The position numbers and the translations under genes are program-made. Below are positions 55,023 through 55,425 of a stretch of 55,425 bases of DNA, piece after piece. Positions within the stretch are counted from its first letter, which is position 1; each line of letters opens with the position of its first letter. Below the pieces are notes generated by a model. It had not been told where the DNA came from, did no database searches, and saw nothing but the letters and a program-made list of their open reading frames with translations. Origin of the DNA: a virus (Duplodnaviria > Caudoviricetes); the IMG/VR virus record IMGVR_UViG_3300047089_000323, positions 1 to 55,425 of that record; one strand, given 5' to 3'.

Positions 55023-55425
55023 TTCTGCGGGGCGAAATTCCGAAGGTGGAGAACTTTAGCTCCGGCTACGGCAACGGTTACGGCAACGGCTACGGCTCCG
55101 GCTACGGCGACGGCGACGGCTACGGCTACGGCAACGGCTACGGCGACGGCTCCGGCTACGGCGACGGCGACGGCTACGGCTACGGCAACGGCTACGGCGA
55201 CGGCGACGGCTACGGCAACGGCTACGGCGACGGCTCCGGCAACGGCTACGGCGACGGCTCCGGCTCCGGCGACGGCTTGAAAGAATATTGGTTTGCTTCC
55301 ATTCCGTACTTCAAAAAAAAGTGGCCCGCTACCCAACAGCAACGACTCGCCAAATTAATTGAAACCGGAACGGTGATTGCTTTTTGGTGCTCGCATCACA
55401 ACGGCTTGCCGGCAAATGGTGGAAG
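55010..55425 (+). CDS. Gly-X repeat phage protein, truncated by the window end
   Basis: ATG 55010 with GGAGG SD; MEKVILRGEIP...(GY/GN/GD/GS)n...LKEYWF; open to the edge. Confidence 0.7.
   Translation, partial: MEKVILRGEIPKVENFSSGYGNGYGNGYGSGYGDGDGYGYGNGYGDGSGYGDGDGYGYGNGYGDGDGYGNGYGDGSGNGYGDGSGSGDGLKEYWFASIPYFKKKWPATQQQRLAKLIETGTVIAFWCSHHNGLPANGG
55061..55276 (+). repeat. hexamer repeat (NNC GGC)n encoding Gly-Tyr/Asn/Asp/Ser
   Basis: Runs of tacggc/aacggc/gacggc/tccggc. Confidence 0.9.

Noticed and set aside
54797-55342. Minus-strand (AV)n ORF
   Set aside because: Antisense reading of the Gly-X hexamer repeat; the plus-strand frame has an SD and fits the operon.
1-55425. tRNA or rRNA genes
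   Set aside because: No cloverleaf or rRNA-like sequence recognised by eye; a tRNAscan run would be needed to exclude them.

Overview
This window is most of the genome of a tailed (podovirus-like) phage or prophage of an alphaproteobacterium, probably Hyphomicrobiales. The minus strand from about 33.9 kb to 0.9 kb carries the morphogenesis arm: HNH, portal, glycosyltransferase, lysis genes, scaffold, major capsid, adaptors, collagen-like fibres, tail tube/nozzle and large ejection proteins. The terminase genes diverge from it on the plus strand (34.0-36.8 kb). Early and replication genes follow: serine recombinase, ArdC, SSB-like protein, AAA helicase with an adjacent origin-like repeat region, a ParB-DUF5131/TcmP cassette, RecT, YqaJ and GcrA. 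A plus-strand accessory arm has an AlpA-like regulator, a DNA methyltransferase, a PEP-CTERM-like surface protein and a VRR-NUC nuclease. The standout is the major capsid gene, which is split into four exons. Two interruptions are complete ORF-less group I introns (250 and 296 nt). The third is a 40-nt core-less mini-intron with a group I internal guide sequence (P1+P10), a terminal G and an 11-bp tether to the exon beside the next intron; I infer it borrows that neighbour's ribozyme core. Also notable: four CtrA boxes at late operon starts, a near-perfect chromosomal parS site, and BclA-like G-X-T collagen fibres alongside a GT2-TPR glycosyltransferase. All family assignments come from motif recognition by eye; no database searches were run.
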